Shown here: positions 38,604 to 45,685 of the stretch, piece by piece | How the letters are laid out: every line of letters starts with the position of its first letter | Position numbering within the stretch: position 1 is the stretch's first letter | Assembly (NCBI GenBank): GCA_965230965.1 | Contig: OZ246401.1 | Location: 53,199 to 117,198, forward strand | DNA: 64,000 nucleotides | Reading direction: 5' to 3' | From: an uncultured Gammaproteobacteria bacterium | GTDB lineage: Bacteria > Patescibacteriota > Microgenomatia > UBA1406 > HO2-37-13b | Program-made: the position numbers and the translations under genes | Notes under the pieces: generated by a model | The model's database searches: none | Seen by the model: the letters and a program-made list of their open reading frames with translations, nothing else | Told to the model about the DNA's origin: nothing

Positions 38604-39860
38604 TCAGTGAGGTTTTATTGTATCAAATCCGACAAGGGGTTGGAGGACTTTCGGTACTTTTACACTTCCATCTTCTTGTTGATTGTGTTCCAAAATAGCT
38701 ATTAAAGGACGCGTAGAAGCAATTGCCGTATCATTAAGAGTATAGCAATATTCTATCTCCCCGTTGTCTTTTTTATAACGAATCTTTAATCTTCTTGCTT
38801 GAAAATCGCCCATAATTGAATTCGAGGCAACTTCACGATAGGCATTCTCTGAAGGAATCCAAACCTCTGTATCATATTTGAGCATTTGTGGTTCCCCCAT
38901 GTCTCCCGTACACATCAAGAGTACATGATAAGGAAGCTCCAAATCTTGAAATATTTCCTCTGTATTTTGCTGTAGCTCTTCATGAAGTTTGCGCGCCTCA
39001 TCTATATCGTTTCTAGCAATAATAACCTGTTCAATCTTCCAGAATTCATGAACCCTGAGAATTCCCTTTGTATCTTTTCCATAGGCTCCCGCCTCTCTAC
39101 GATAACAAGGAGACATGGCAACAAATTTCTTTGGAAGATCTTTCTCATTAAGAATTTCATCACTATGTAAGGCTGTGACAGGAATTTCAGCAGTACCTGC
39201 AAGATATGCATCACTGTCCTGATTTAACTGATACACATCTTCTGCTCTTCCCCAAGGAAAATGTGCTGAGCCAAACAGGGTAAATTCTTTGACAATCGCA
39301 GGTGGCAATACTGGCGTATAACCTTTTCCAACAAGCTTCATAAAGGCATATTGCATTATTGCAACTTGCAATACTGCTAACTCATTCATTAAAAAATACC
39401 CACGGAAGCCAGATATTTTGGACCCTCTTTCCATATCAATAAGCTGTAGCGACTCAGCAAGTTCGCTATGAGATTTTGGCGTAAAGTTAAACTGCGGAAT
39501 GGTTCCCCATGTTTTGATTTCTTTATTGCCGCTTTCATCTTTTCCAACAGGCACCTCATCTAAAACCACATTAGGAACAAAGAGCATAAGTGTATTAAAC
39601 TCTTTTTCCACAGGTTCAAGTTCTGCTTCTATACCTTTTAAATCTTCCTTAATGCGCTTACCCTCTTCTCGCGCTGCTTCAACATTGCCCTGTTTAGCAA
39701 GCTCATTTCTTTTTTGTCGAAGTTCCTGAGCTTCTGTCATAAGCTCCTTTCGTCTGTCATCAAGCTCTAATAGCTTGTCAATATCAAAAGGTCTGTTTTT
39801 ATTTACAGCTGTTTCTTGAACTTGATCCTTATTATTGCGAATAAAATCAATCGATAACAT
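38604..39860 (-). CDS. serS: serine--tRNA ligase
   Basis: 418 aa. N-terminal coiled-coil arm and class II motifs (FRGYFL, CYRREAG, TLNDTAIA). Confidence 0.95.
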   Translation of the reverse strand: MLSIDFIRNNKDQVQETAVNKNRPFDIDKLLELDDRRKELMTEAQELRQKRNELAKQGNVEAAREEGKRIKEDLKGIEAELEPVEKEFNTLMLFVPNVVLDEVPVGKDESGNKEIKTWGTIPQFNFTPKSHSELAESLQLIDMERGSKISGFRGYFLMNELAVLQVAIMQYAFMKLVGKGYTPVLPPAIVKEFTLFGSAHFPWGRAEDVYQLNQDSDAYLAGTAEIPVTALHSDEILNEKDLPKKFVAMSPCYRREAGAYGKDTKGILRVHEFWKIEQVIIARNDIDEARKLHEELQQNTEEIFQDLELPYHVLLMCTGDMGEPQMLKYDTEVWIPSENAYREVASNSIMGDFQARRLKIRYKKDNGEIEYCYTLNDTAIASTRPLIAILEHNQQEDGSVKVPKVLQPLVGFDTIKPH

Positions 39861-40467
39861 GTTTTATTTTTGTGACAAGTTTTCTAACTGCTTTGTCTCT
39901 ATGATTATACAACTCATGCTCCTCAGGTGTAAGCTGATCGTAATATTTACCGTTTTTATGAACAAAGAGCGCACGCATAGGAAATCCATTGGTTTCATAA
40001 TTTTTTAATGCAGTTTCGGCAATATAACCTTCCGTTTGTCCTGATTCTTGTATAAAATTCTTTCCATCAAAGTAGGTGACACATGTTGCAAAGACTGTTT
40101 TACGTTCTTCTTGGCCTTTAAGATGTGCCATTCGGCGCAGAACATACTCGATAATTTCCTGGTCGGTTGCATCATCTTTTCCTATCCAGCGACGAGTATA
40201 TACACCAGGTTCGTTATTAAGTCGTTCAATCATAATGCCACCGTCATCGCCAATAGTTGGGAGTTGTGAAGCGCTGTAAAAAAACTCAGCCTTAATACGC
40301 GAATTTTCTTCGAACGTCGTTCCTATTTCATCTGCATCAGTAGGAATACTTAATTGCTCGGGTATTAAGAATTCAAAATCAATATCTTGCACTTTGCCTT
40401 CCACAGAAAAAGAACGAATCATGTCTTTTTGCTTTGCCGGATTATGAGTACCAATAAAGAGTTTCAT
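39847..40467 (-). CDS. rdgB: non-canonical purine NTP pyrophosphatase (RdgB/HAM1 family)
   Basis: 206 aa. MKLFIGTHNPAKQKDM, EIGTTFEENSRIKA, GDDGGI pattern of the Ham1 family. Confidence 0.78.
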   Translation of the reverse strand: MKLFIGTHNPAKQKDMIRSFSVEGKVQDIDFEFLIPEQLSIPTDADEIGTTFEENSRIKAEFFYSASQLPTIGDDGGIMIERLNNEPGVYTRRWIGKDDATDQEIIEYVLRRMAHLKGQEERKTVFATCVTYFDGKNFIQESGQTEGYIAETALKNYETNGFPMRALFVHKNGKYYDQLTPEEHELYNHRDKAVRKLVTKIKHVID

Positions 40468-40476
40468 ATGAAAAGC

Positions 40477-42552
40477 TTATAAGCCAAGATCGTCAGAGAT
40501 GCTCTGCATTGCAGAGAGCGTAAGAGCAACGAAATCTTCTAGCTTAATACCAAGCTTTTCTTCACAAAGTTTTATTTGCTCGCGATCAACAGGGCGGGCA
40601 AATGCAATTTGCGAGAATTTTTTGATGACAGATTCGGTTGTAACCGAGGCAAGTTTTTTCTCGGGTCGCACAAGTGCAACAGCGACAATAAATCCTGTCA
40701 ATTCGTCACAGGTATACAGTGACCATTCCATGAGTGAAGATGGCTCGCGATAACCGTTATGATGATGATTGTGAGTAAATATGCAGTTAATAAGCTGTTC
40801 CGAATCTTCACCAGCTTCTTTAATCCATTGGACAGTTTTATGTGTATGCTGCGTGGGATCAGCTTGTGTTTCTTCCCAATCAGCATCGTGCAAAAGGCCT
40901 GCCATTTTCCAGCTTGTCACATCGCCACCAAGCTTTTCAGCAAGTGCGCCCATAGTCGCTTCAACTGCCTTGCAATGATTTATTAAATTGCGATTTTTCA
41001 AATGTGCTTGCAATATCTCTAACGCCTGGTCGCGTGTTATTTTTAATGGCACGGCCACTTCTGCAACTTTTTTTACCTGAGGTGTGCCGTGTGCAGTTGC
41101 TGTCGCTACCTCAGGGCGCACAGTAGGGAATAAAATTGTTTCTTTAATACTGTGCTGACCTGCCAAAAATGCCACCAAACGATCAATGCCCATGCCCCAT
41201 CCAGCAGTTGGTGGCATACCATAAGAGAGCGCCTCAATATAATCTTCATCAAGAACTTGGTAATCTTCACCGCCGCGCTCAGCCAGTTTCATTTCTTCTT
41301 CCCAGCGCGCTTTTTGATCTGTCGGGTCATTGAGCTCGTTATATGCGTTAATCATTTCCATGCCATTAATAAGAAGCTGGAAGCTTGCTGACTTTGTCGG
41401 ATCTTTTTCGCTGGCCTTCGCAAGAGCTTTTATCTCCAAAGGATACTCAGTAACGAACATTGGTCCTTTCAAATGTGGACGCACATGTTTTTTGTATAGC
41501 TCATCAAGCATTTGGCCATAACCCACAACCTTTTCGTCGAGAAGTTTTTGCTCATCCACTATTTTTTGCAGTTTTTCTTCATTTGGATATTCATTAATAT
41601 CTAATTTTAGATATTCAATAAAAAGCTCTCGATAGGTCTTTCTTTCCCATGGAGATGAAAAATCGTATGACTGACCTTCAGATTCGACTGTTAGACTACC
41701 ATTCACTTCTTGCACAACATACGTCAACATTTCTTCTGTAAACTTCATTAAATCTTCATAATCTGCATATGCCCAGTAAAACTCTAGCATCGTAAATTCT
41801 GGATTATGGGCTCGACTAAACCCTTCATTGCGAAAATTCTTTCCTAATTCATACACTTTTTCAAAGCCACCGACAAGAAGTCTTTTCAAGTAAAGTTCAA
41901 CAGCAATACGCAGATAAAAATCAGATTCGAGTGCATTGTAATGCGTAATGAATGGTTTTGCGTAGGCTCCACCATACAATGGTTGCAAAACCGGCGTTTC
42001 AACTTCTAGAAAATTATGCTTGTCTAAATATTCTCGCAAAAGGCTAATAACTTTTGAACGCATAAGGAAAATCTCTTTGACATGCGGATTCATTTGAAGA
42101 TCAAGATATCTTTTTCGATATCGTGTTTCAATATCTTTTAATCCATACCATTCGTTTGGTAAAGGAAGTACAGATTTAGTTAGAAGCGTATACTCATTTG
42201 GAATAATGGAGATTTCGCCTGTTGAGGTTTTTCCGACAGTACCTTTCAAACCAATGATATCGCCCGCATCAAGCAATTTAAGATTGGTATATGCATCCTC
42301 AGACAAGGCTTCTTTATTAAAAAATACTTGTATTTCACCACTGGCATCTTTTATATCGGCGAATGTAATATTTCCATGAGTACGAAGCGATGTAATTTTA
42401 CCGGCAGTTTGTATTTCTTTTCCTTCGGATACAAGCACTTCGGCAATGGTATGTTGCTTATCAAATTTAGATGCATAGGGATTCCATCCAAGAGCCCTAA
42501 TTTTTTCGAGTTTTTCTAAACTATTTTTGCGAATTTCATCGATTTGCGCCAT
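40477..42552 (-). CDS. lysS: lysine--tRNA ligase (class II) with a C-terminal HD-domain extension
   Basis: 691 aa. Residues 1 to about 497 are a complete LysRS (OB fold, motifs FRNEG, MLEFY, GMGIDRL, ending LFPTVRPE). About 190 extra residues carry H...HD (NHCKAVEA...GLLHDADWE) plus later His/Asp, i.e. an HD phosphohydrolase fold. Confidence 0.92.
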   Translation of the reverse strand: MAQIDEIRKNSLEKLEKIRALGWNPYASKFDKQHTIAEVLVSEGKEIQTAGKITSLRTHGNITFADIKDASGEIQVFFNKEALSEDAYTNLKLLDAGDIIGLKGTVGKTSTGEISIIPNEYTLLTKSVLPLPNEWYGLKDIETRYRKRYLDLQMNPHVKEIFLMRSKVISLLREYLDKHNFLEVETPVLQPLYGGAYAKPFITHYNALESDFYLRIAVELYLKRLLVGGFEKVYELGKNFRNEGFSRAHNPEFTMLEFYWAYADYEDLMKFTEEMLTYVVQEVNGSLTVESEGQSYDFSSPWERKTYRELFIEYLKLDINEYPNEEKLQKIVDEQKLLDEKVVGYGQMLDELYKKHVRPHLKGPMFVTEYPLEIKALAKASEKDPTKSASFQLLINGMEMINAYNELNDPTDQKARWEEEMKLAERGGEDYQVLDEDYIEALSYGMPPTAGWGMGIDRLVAFLAGQHSIKETILFPTVRPEVATATAHGTPQVKKVAEVAVPLKITRDQALEILQAHLKNRNLINHCKAVEATMGALAEKLGGDVTSWKMAGLLHDADWEETQADPTQHTHKTVQWIKEAGEDSEQLINCIFTHNHHHNGYREPSSLMEWSLYTCDELTGFIVAVALVRPEKKLASVTTESVIKKFSQIAFARPVDREQIKLCEEKLGIKLEDFVALTLSAMQSISDDLGL

Positions 42553-42584
42553 ATATTTAATGTGAATTATAACGTATTAGGTAT

Positions 42585-42611
42585 AAAAAAACCCCGCCTT
42601 ATTGCGGGGCT
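42585..42611 (-). terminator. rho-independent terminator after greA
   Basis: Minus strand: CCCCGC-AATAAG-GCGGGG followed by TTTTTTT. A TATAAT (42571-42566) for lysS follows it. Confidence 0.8.
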
Positions 42612-42637
42612 TCAGATGCTCACAAGAGCATTAAGCC

Positions 42638-43099
42638 CTAGTCTATCTTAACTACTTTATAGGTAACACTTCCTGCTGGAATCTCGACGCTGACCGTTGA
42701 ACCGACTTTTGCACCTAACAGCGCTTTACCGATTGGAGATGATTCTGAAATCTTGCCTGCCGATATATCGGCCTCAAACTCACCAACGATATGATATAAA
42801 TCTTCACCTTCGTCAGTTTTGACTAATACTTTGTTACCAATCTGAACTGTTGATTCTCCTGCATGATGTTCAACAATGTGCGCATTTTGAACGATTTGTT
42901 CAATCTCCATAATGCGACTATCAATTAAACCAAGATCATCTTTTGCAGCGGTATATTCACTATTCTCAGAAAGATCACCCATTGCTCGAGCTGTAGAAAG
43001 TCGCTTTACGGCTTCTGGGCGTTTTTGATTTTTCAGTTCGTCAACCTCTTTGAGGAGTTTGTCGTAGCCTTCTTGTGATAAATTGTATTGATCAGACAT
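42638..43099 (-). CDS. greA: transcription elongation factor GreA
   Basis: 153 aa. Coiled-coil N-domain with DLSENSEY acidic tip, C-terminal domain with SPIGKALLG. Confidence 0.92.
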   Translation of the reverse strand: MSDQYNLSQEGYDKLLKEVDELKNQKRPEAVKRLSTARAMGDLSENSEYTAAKDDLGLIDSRIMEIEQIVQNAHIVEHHAGESTVQIGNKVLVKTDEGEDLYHIVGEFEADISAGKISESSPIGKALLGAKVGSTVSVEIPAGSVTYKVVKID

Positions 43100-43105
43100 A
43101 TATAC

Positions 43106-43130
43106 AAAAAAATAAGGCTGGAAGGCCTTA
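43106..43130 (-). terminator. terminator-like hairpin + U7 inside the predicted greA leader
   Basis: Minus strand: TAAGGC-CTTCCA-GCCTTA then TTTTTTT, ending 6 nt before ATG 43099. The stem is only 6 bp. Confidence 0.35.
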
Positions 43131-43140
43131 ATAACTTTTA

Positions 43141-43169
43141 ACTATACTACACCCCCTATTAATTGTCAA
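43141..43169 (-). promoter_or_regulatory. candidate greA promoter
   Basis: Minus strand: TTGACA (43169-43164), 17-nt spacer, TATAGT (43146-43141). Predicts a leader of about 35 nt. Confidence 0.55.
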
Positions 43170-43220
43170 ATTATGGTATAAGAAAATTAAAAACTTTGAA
43201 CTCGAAAAAGACTGTTGTGA

Positions 43221-43249
43221 TTGTCTAATTGCCTAATGCGTGCTAGAAT
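43221..43249 (+). promoter_or_regulatory. candidate promoter of micro-gene cassette A
   Basis: -35 TTGTCT, 17-nt spacer, extended -10 TGcTAGAAT, followed by ACTATGGGG. Confidence 0.55.
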
Positions 43250-43273
43250 ACTATGGGGACAAGGTGGATTTCA

Positions 43274-43468
43274 ATGCCGACTGAAGCACAGGTCTCATAT
43301 TGCCGGGTACTCGCTTCCAGCGCCCATCCTGGAAAGTGGTTTATCCGGTTGTACACAGAAGGGAATACCGTCATAGGAGCCCTTGAGCACAACGGCACCA
43401 AGTTCTTTGCGAGCGAAGCCTTGGCTCGTCAAATCGCAGAGGATCAAGGCATCACAATAGTCGAATAG
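43274..43468 (+). CDS. small GC-rich hypothetical protein (cassette A, 64 aa)
   Basis: SD AAGGTGG (43261-43267) 6 nt before ATG 43274. The track ATG 43253 lies only 3 nt after the -10, so it is probably not transcribed. Peptide: MPTEAQVSYCRVLASSAHPGKWFIRLYTEGNTVIGALEHNGTKFFASEALARQIAEDQGITIVE. Confidence 0.5.
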   Translation: MPTEAQVSYCRVLASSAHPGKWFIRLYTEGNTVIGALEHNGTKFFASEALARQIAEDQGITIVE

Positions 43469-43485
43469 CGTCGCGATTGCGACGT

Positions 43486-43530
43486 AGGCAGGCGATGTCA
43501 TATGTCCCCAACCATCGCCTGCTTTCTTTT
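43486..43530 (+). terminator. rho-independent terminator of cassette A
   Basis: 12-bp stem AGGCAGGCGATG / CATCGCCTGCTT (one G-U) with a 15-nt loop TCATATGTCCCCAAC, then TCTTTTT. Preceded by a small hairpin CGTCGC-GATT-GCGACG (43469-43484). Confidence 0.7.
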
Positions 43531-43561
43531 TAATTTCTATCAGATACTTAGGTCTTCACAG

Positions 43562-43590
43562 TTGTCCAATCTCATATTTCATGGTAAAAT
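43562..43590 (+). promoter_or_regulatory. candidate promoter of micro-gene cassette B
   Basis: -35 TTGTCC, 17-nt spacer, extended -10 TGgTAAAAT, followed by ACTATAGGC. Paralogous to the cassette A promoter. Confidence 0.55.
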
Positions 43591-43615
43591 ACTATAGGCA
43601 CAAAGTGAGGAAGAA

Positions 43616-43804
43616 ATGTATCTAGTGACACCACATCCAAGCAAACAAGGTTGGTTGGCTCAGATTGTCGATGAGGATGGAAATAGTGAGGAAGTCCTCA
43701 CAAACCCAGAATCCGGTGATTCCATTTTCCCCACAAGGGACGCGGCTGTATCAGCTGGCCGAAGCCACCCGGAGGGAGGCAAGCCGCATGCTCAGTCGCA
43801 ATGA
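43616..43804 (+). CDS. small GC-rich hypothetical protein (cassette B, 62 aa)
   Basis: SD GTGAGGAAG just upstream. Peptide: MYLVTPHPSKQGWLAQIVDEDGNSEEVLTNPESGDSIFPTRDAAVSAGRSHPEGGKPHAQSQ. The V-x-P-H...G-W and F-P-T-x-x-x-A-x-x-A-G-R pattern recalls DUF2188-type proteins (from memory only). Confidence 0.5.
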   Translation: MYLVTPHPSKQGWLAQIVDEDGNSEEVLTNPESGDSIFPTRDAAVSAGRSHPEGGKPHAQSQ

Positions 43805-43833
43805 CAGTCTCATCGCCGCACCTCGCGGCAAAA

Positions 43834-43878
43834 AGCAGGCGGTGGCCACCTGTGCCAATCCACCGCCTGCTTCCTTTT
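43834..43878 (+). terminator. terminator hairpin of cassette B
   Basis: Perfect 12-bp stem AGCAGGCGGTGG / CCACCGCCTGCT with a 14-nt loop CCACCTGTGCCAAT, then TCCTTTTCC (weaker U-tract). Preceded by a small hairpin GCCGC-ACCTC-GCGGC. Confidence 0.6.
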
Positions 43879-43896
43879 CCATCAAACTAATCCTCA

Positions 43897-43904
43897 TGTA
43901 TAAT
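43897..43904 (+). promoter_or_regulatory. candidate -10 promoter (TGTATAAT), 12 nt upstream of tRNA-Glu
   Basis: Same octamer as upstream of tRNA-Pro. Confidence 0.45.
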
Positions 43905-43916
43905 ATCTTGTGACAT

Positions 43917-43990
43917 GGCCCCGTCGTCTAGTGGCCTAGGACGTCAGGTTCTCATCCTGAAAATCACGAGTTCGAATCTCGTCGGGGTCA
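43917..43990 (+). tRNA. tRNA-Glu (anticodon CUC), CCA not encoded
   Basis: Hand-folded. Acceptor GGCCCCG/CGGGGTC (one G-U). D arm TCGTCTAGTGGCCTAGGAC typical of tRNA-Glu. Anticodon arm TCAGG-TTCTCAT-CCTGA. T arm ACGAG-TTCGAAT-CTCGT. Discriminator A. Confidence 0.9.
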
Positions 43991-43991
43991 C

Positions 43992-44318
43992 ATGAACAAA
44001 TACATTTTCCCAGCAATATTGGGCATCCTTACACTTGGATTCATTCTTAATACATATCTTGCTCTAAAAACCAATAAAAGACTCGAAAGAATTGAGAGAC
44101 AGTATGCTATTACCCCATCGATGATTCCTATACAAACTCCTACAAACACTATTCCAATAGACCTGGAAAATGCTCACACGTGGAGTGTAAATTCAATCTG
44201 TGATGATAAAGCAGGTTATGAGTTGCGCTATCAATTAGAAGATGGGACAAATATTTACCAACTTGATGACGGCACCTTCATGCGAGCGAGGAAAGTTACT
44301 TGCACAAATGCTGAGTAG
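43992..44318 (+). CDS. hypothetical membrane-anchored protein
   Basis: 108 aa. N-terminal TM (IFPAILGILTLGFILNTYLAL) and an exported domain with two Cys. The ATG starts 1 nt after the tRNA-Glu discriminator. Confidence 0.55.
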   Translation: MNKYIFPAILGILTLGFILNTYLALKTNKRLERIERQYAITPSMIPIQTPTNTIPIDLENAHTWSVNSICDDKAGYELRYQLEDGTNIYQLDDGTFMRARKVTCTNAE

Positions 44319-44322
44319 AGAA

Positions 44323-44811
44323 TTATTGAGGATCTTCTAAAGAAAACTCCGTCATTTTATTTCCATCTTCATACACCGCTTTATAGGAAATAACTTTCCC
44401 ATCATCAATAAATAGTTGTGGAAGGATCTCGTGAATTTCAGCTAGAAGATTATCAAGTTTTCCTATTTCCTCGGGAGTAAGCCAAACTAACTCACCATCT
44501 TCGGGATTTTCGGGTAGCTCTCCGCTATCATAATCTGCCATAACAAAGTGAAAAAAGACTTCTGTGTCTAAATCTTTAAGGTAGCCATTGCCAGCAGCCT
44601 TTATTCTCAAATTCTTGATGGTCAAACCGGTTTCCTCTAATACTTCCCTTCTCGTTGCTTCAAAGAGACCCTCATTATGTTCTCTTTTTCCCCCGGGAGC
44701 CATCCACACGTCAGGCATTATTTTCTTCGGAGGATTTCTATGAAGCATTAAATACTTGCCATCTTTTTGTATAAAGCACTCGAGCGTTACGACAATATTT
44801 CTATCACTCAT
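44323..44811 (-). CDS. NUDIX hydrolase
   Basis: 162 aa. Nudix box GGKREHNEGLFEATRREVLEETGL. Confidence 0.85.
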   Translation of the reverse strand: MSDRNIVVTLECFIQKDGKYLMLHRNPPKKIMPDVWMAPGGKREHNEGLFEATRREVLEETGLTIKNLRIKAAGNGYLKDLDTEVFFHFVMADYDSGELPENPEDGELVWLTPEEIGKLDNLLAEIHEILPQLFIDDGKVISYKAVYEDGNKMTEFSLEDPQ

Positions 44812-44830
44812 AAGACCACTATATCATAAA

Positions 44831-44839
44831 TGATATAAT
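44831..44839 (+). promoter_or_regulatory. candidate extended -10 promoter (TGaTATAAT), 6 nt upstream of ATG 44846
   Basis: tgatataat at 44831-44839. Confidence 0.45.
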
Positions 44840-44845
44840 CCCTAT

Positions 44846-45685
44846 ATGCCAGACGCTGAACAACCGACATCTCCACCTATAGAAGCTGTTGCGGAGCTTC
44901 CAAAAGCTCCAGAATTTTCCTCTAGCGCAGAGACAAATCATCACAACGGCGAACTAGCCCGCGAAGAAGGCCGCTTTAACGATGCGTTTGCAAATTATTA
45001 TGTTGCGATGGGCCAATATGAAAGTGTTGGGCAGCAACTCCCTATCGCCGAAGCTCATCTTGGCATCGGACTGACACATCAACGCATGGCTACAAATGCC
45101 CTAGCTGAAGGAGATAAGGTTAAGAGTGCACAAATGTTTAGTTTAGCAAAAAGTAATATCGATTTAGGCCTAACTATTGCGACAAAGCATGATGATCAAA
45201 AATCAGCAACCTTGCCACGCGCTATGTTTAGAGCGGCTGATGCAATGGTAAGAATTAACCCTAAAACTGAAGTGGCATTCAAAATGTACGAAAATGCGAT
45301 CGCTGAACGCAATAAACGCTTTCCCACAGATGTTGCAGAAACAGGACAATATAGATATCAGTATGGTGATGCTTTATGTGGAGCGGATAAATTTGATGAA
45401 GGTATTATGCAAATGAAACAAGGCCAAGACGCAATAGATAAATATCCTCCAGCAGATGTGTATACAGGGCTGGTATGGAATTCTGGCGCATGCATGCGTT
45501 TGGCTGTAAGACTTGCACAACAAGAGATGAAAAAACCACAAGCAGAACGCTCCGAAGAGTGGAAGACATACTTAGAAAAGGCGCGTACAATGGTCACACA
45601 AATTGGTCAACAGTTTCCAGATAAAAAACTTCGTGACATTGATTTAAAAGCTGCAGAGGATCAAATAGCGGCTTTTTTAGCTTAA
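44846..45685 (+). CDS. hypothetical all-helical (TPR-like?) protein
   Basis: 279 aa. Pro/Ala-rich N-terminus, then helical-repeat-like segments (FNDAFANYYVAMGQYESVG, AEAHLGIGLTHQRM). No family recognised. Somewhat more G+C-rich than its neighbours. Confidence 0.6.
   Translation: MPDAEQPTSPPIEAVAELPKAPEFSSSAETNHHNGELAREEGRFNDAFANYYVAMGQYESVGQQLPIAEAHLGIGLTHQRMATNALAEGDKVKSAQMFSLAKSNIDLGLTIATKHDDQKSATLPRAMFRAADAMVRINPKTEVAFKMYENAIAERNKRFPTDVAETGQYRYQYGDALCGADKFDEGIMQMKQGQDAIDKYPPADVYTGLVWNSGACMRLAVRLAQQEMKKPQAERSEEWKTYLEKARTMVTQIGQQFPDKKLRDIDLKAAEDQIAAFLA

Noticed and set aside
43295-43913. Alternative ORFs over the micro-gene cassettes (43295-43501 minus, 43665-43913 plus)
   Set aside because: Both read straight through the terminator hairpins and lack an SD or promoter. 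The frames I annotated have an SD at the correct spacing and stop before the hairpins.
43917-45685. tRNA-Glu-associated integrated mobile element or prophage remnant
   Set aside because: No integrase, recombinase, transposase or phage genes are present, and I found no direct repeat of the tRNA 3' end by eye. Kept only as a weak accessory-region hypothesis in the findings.
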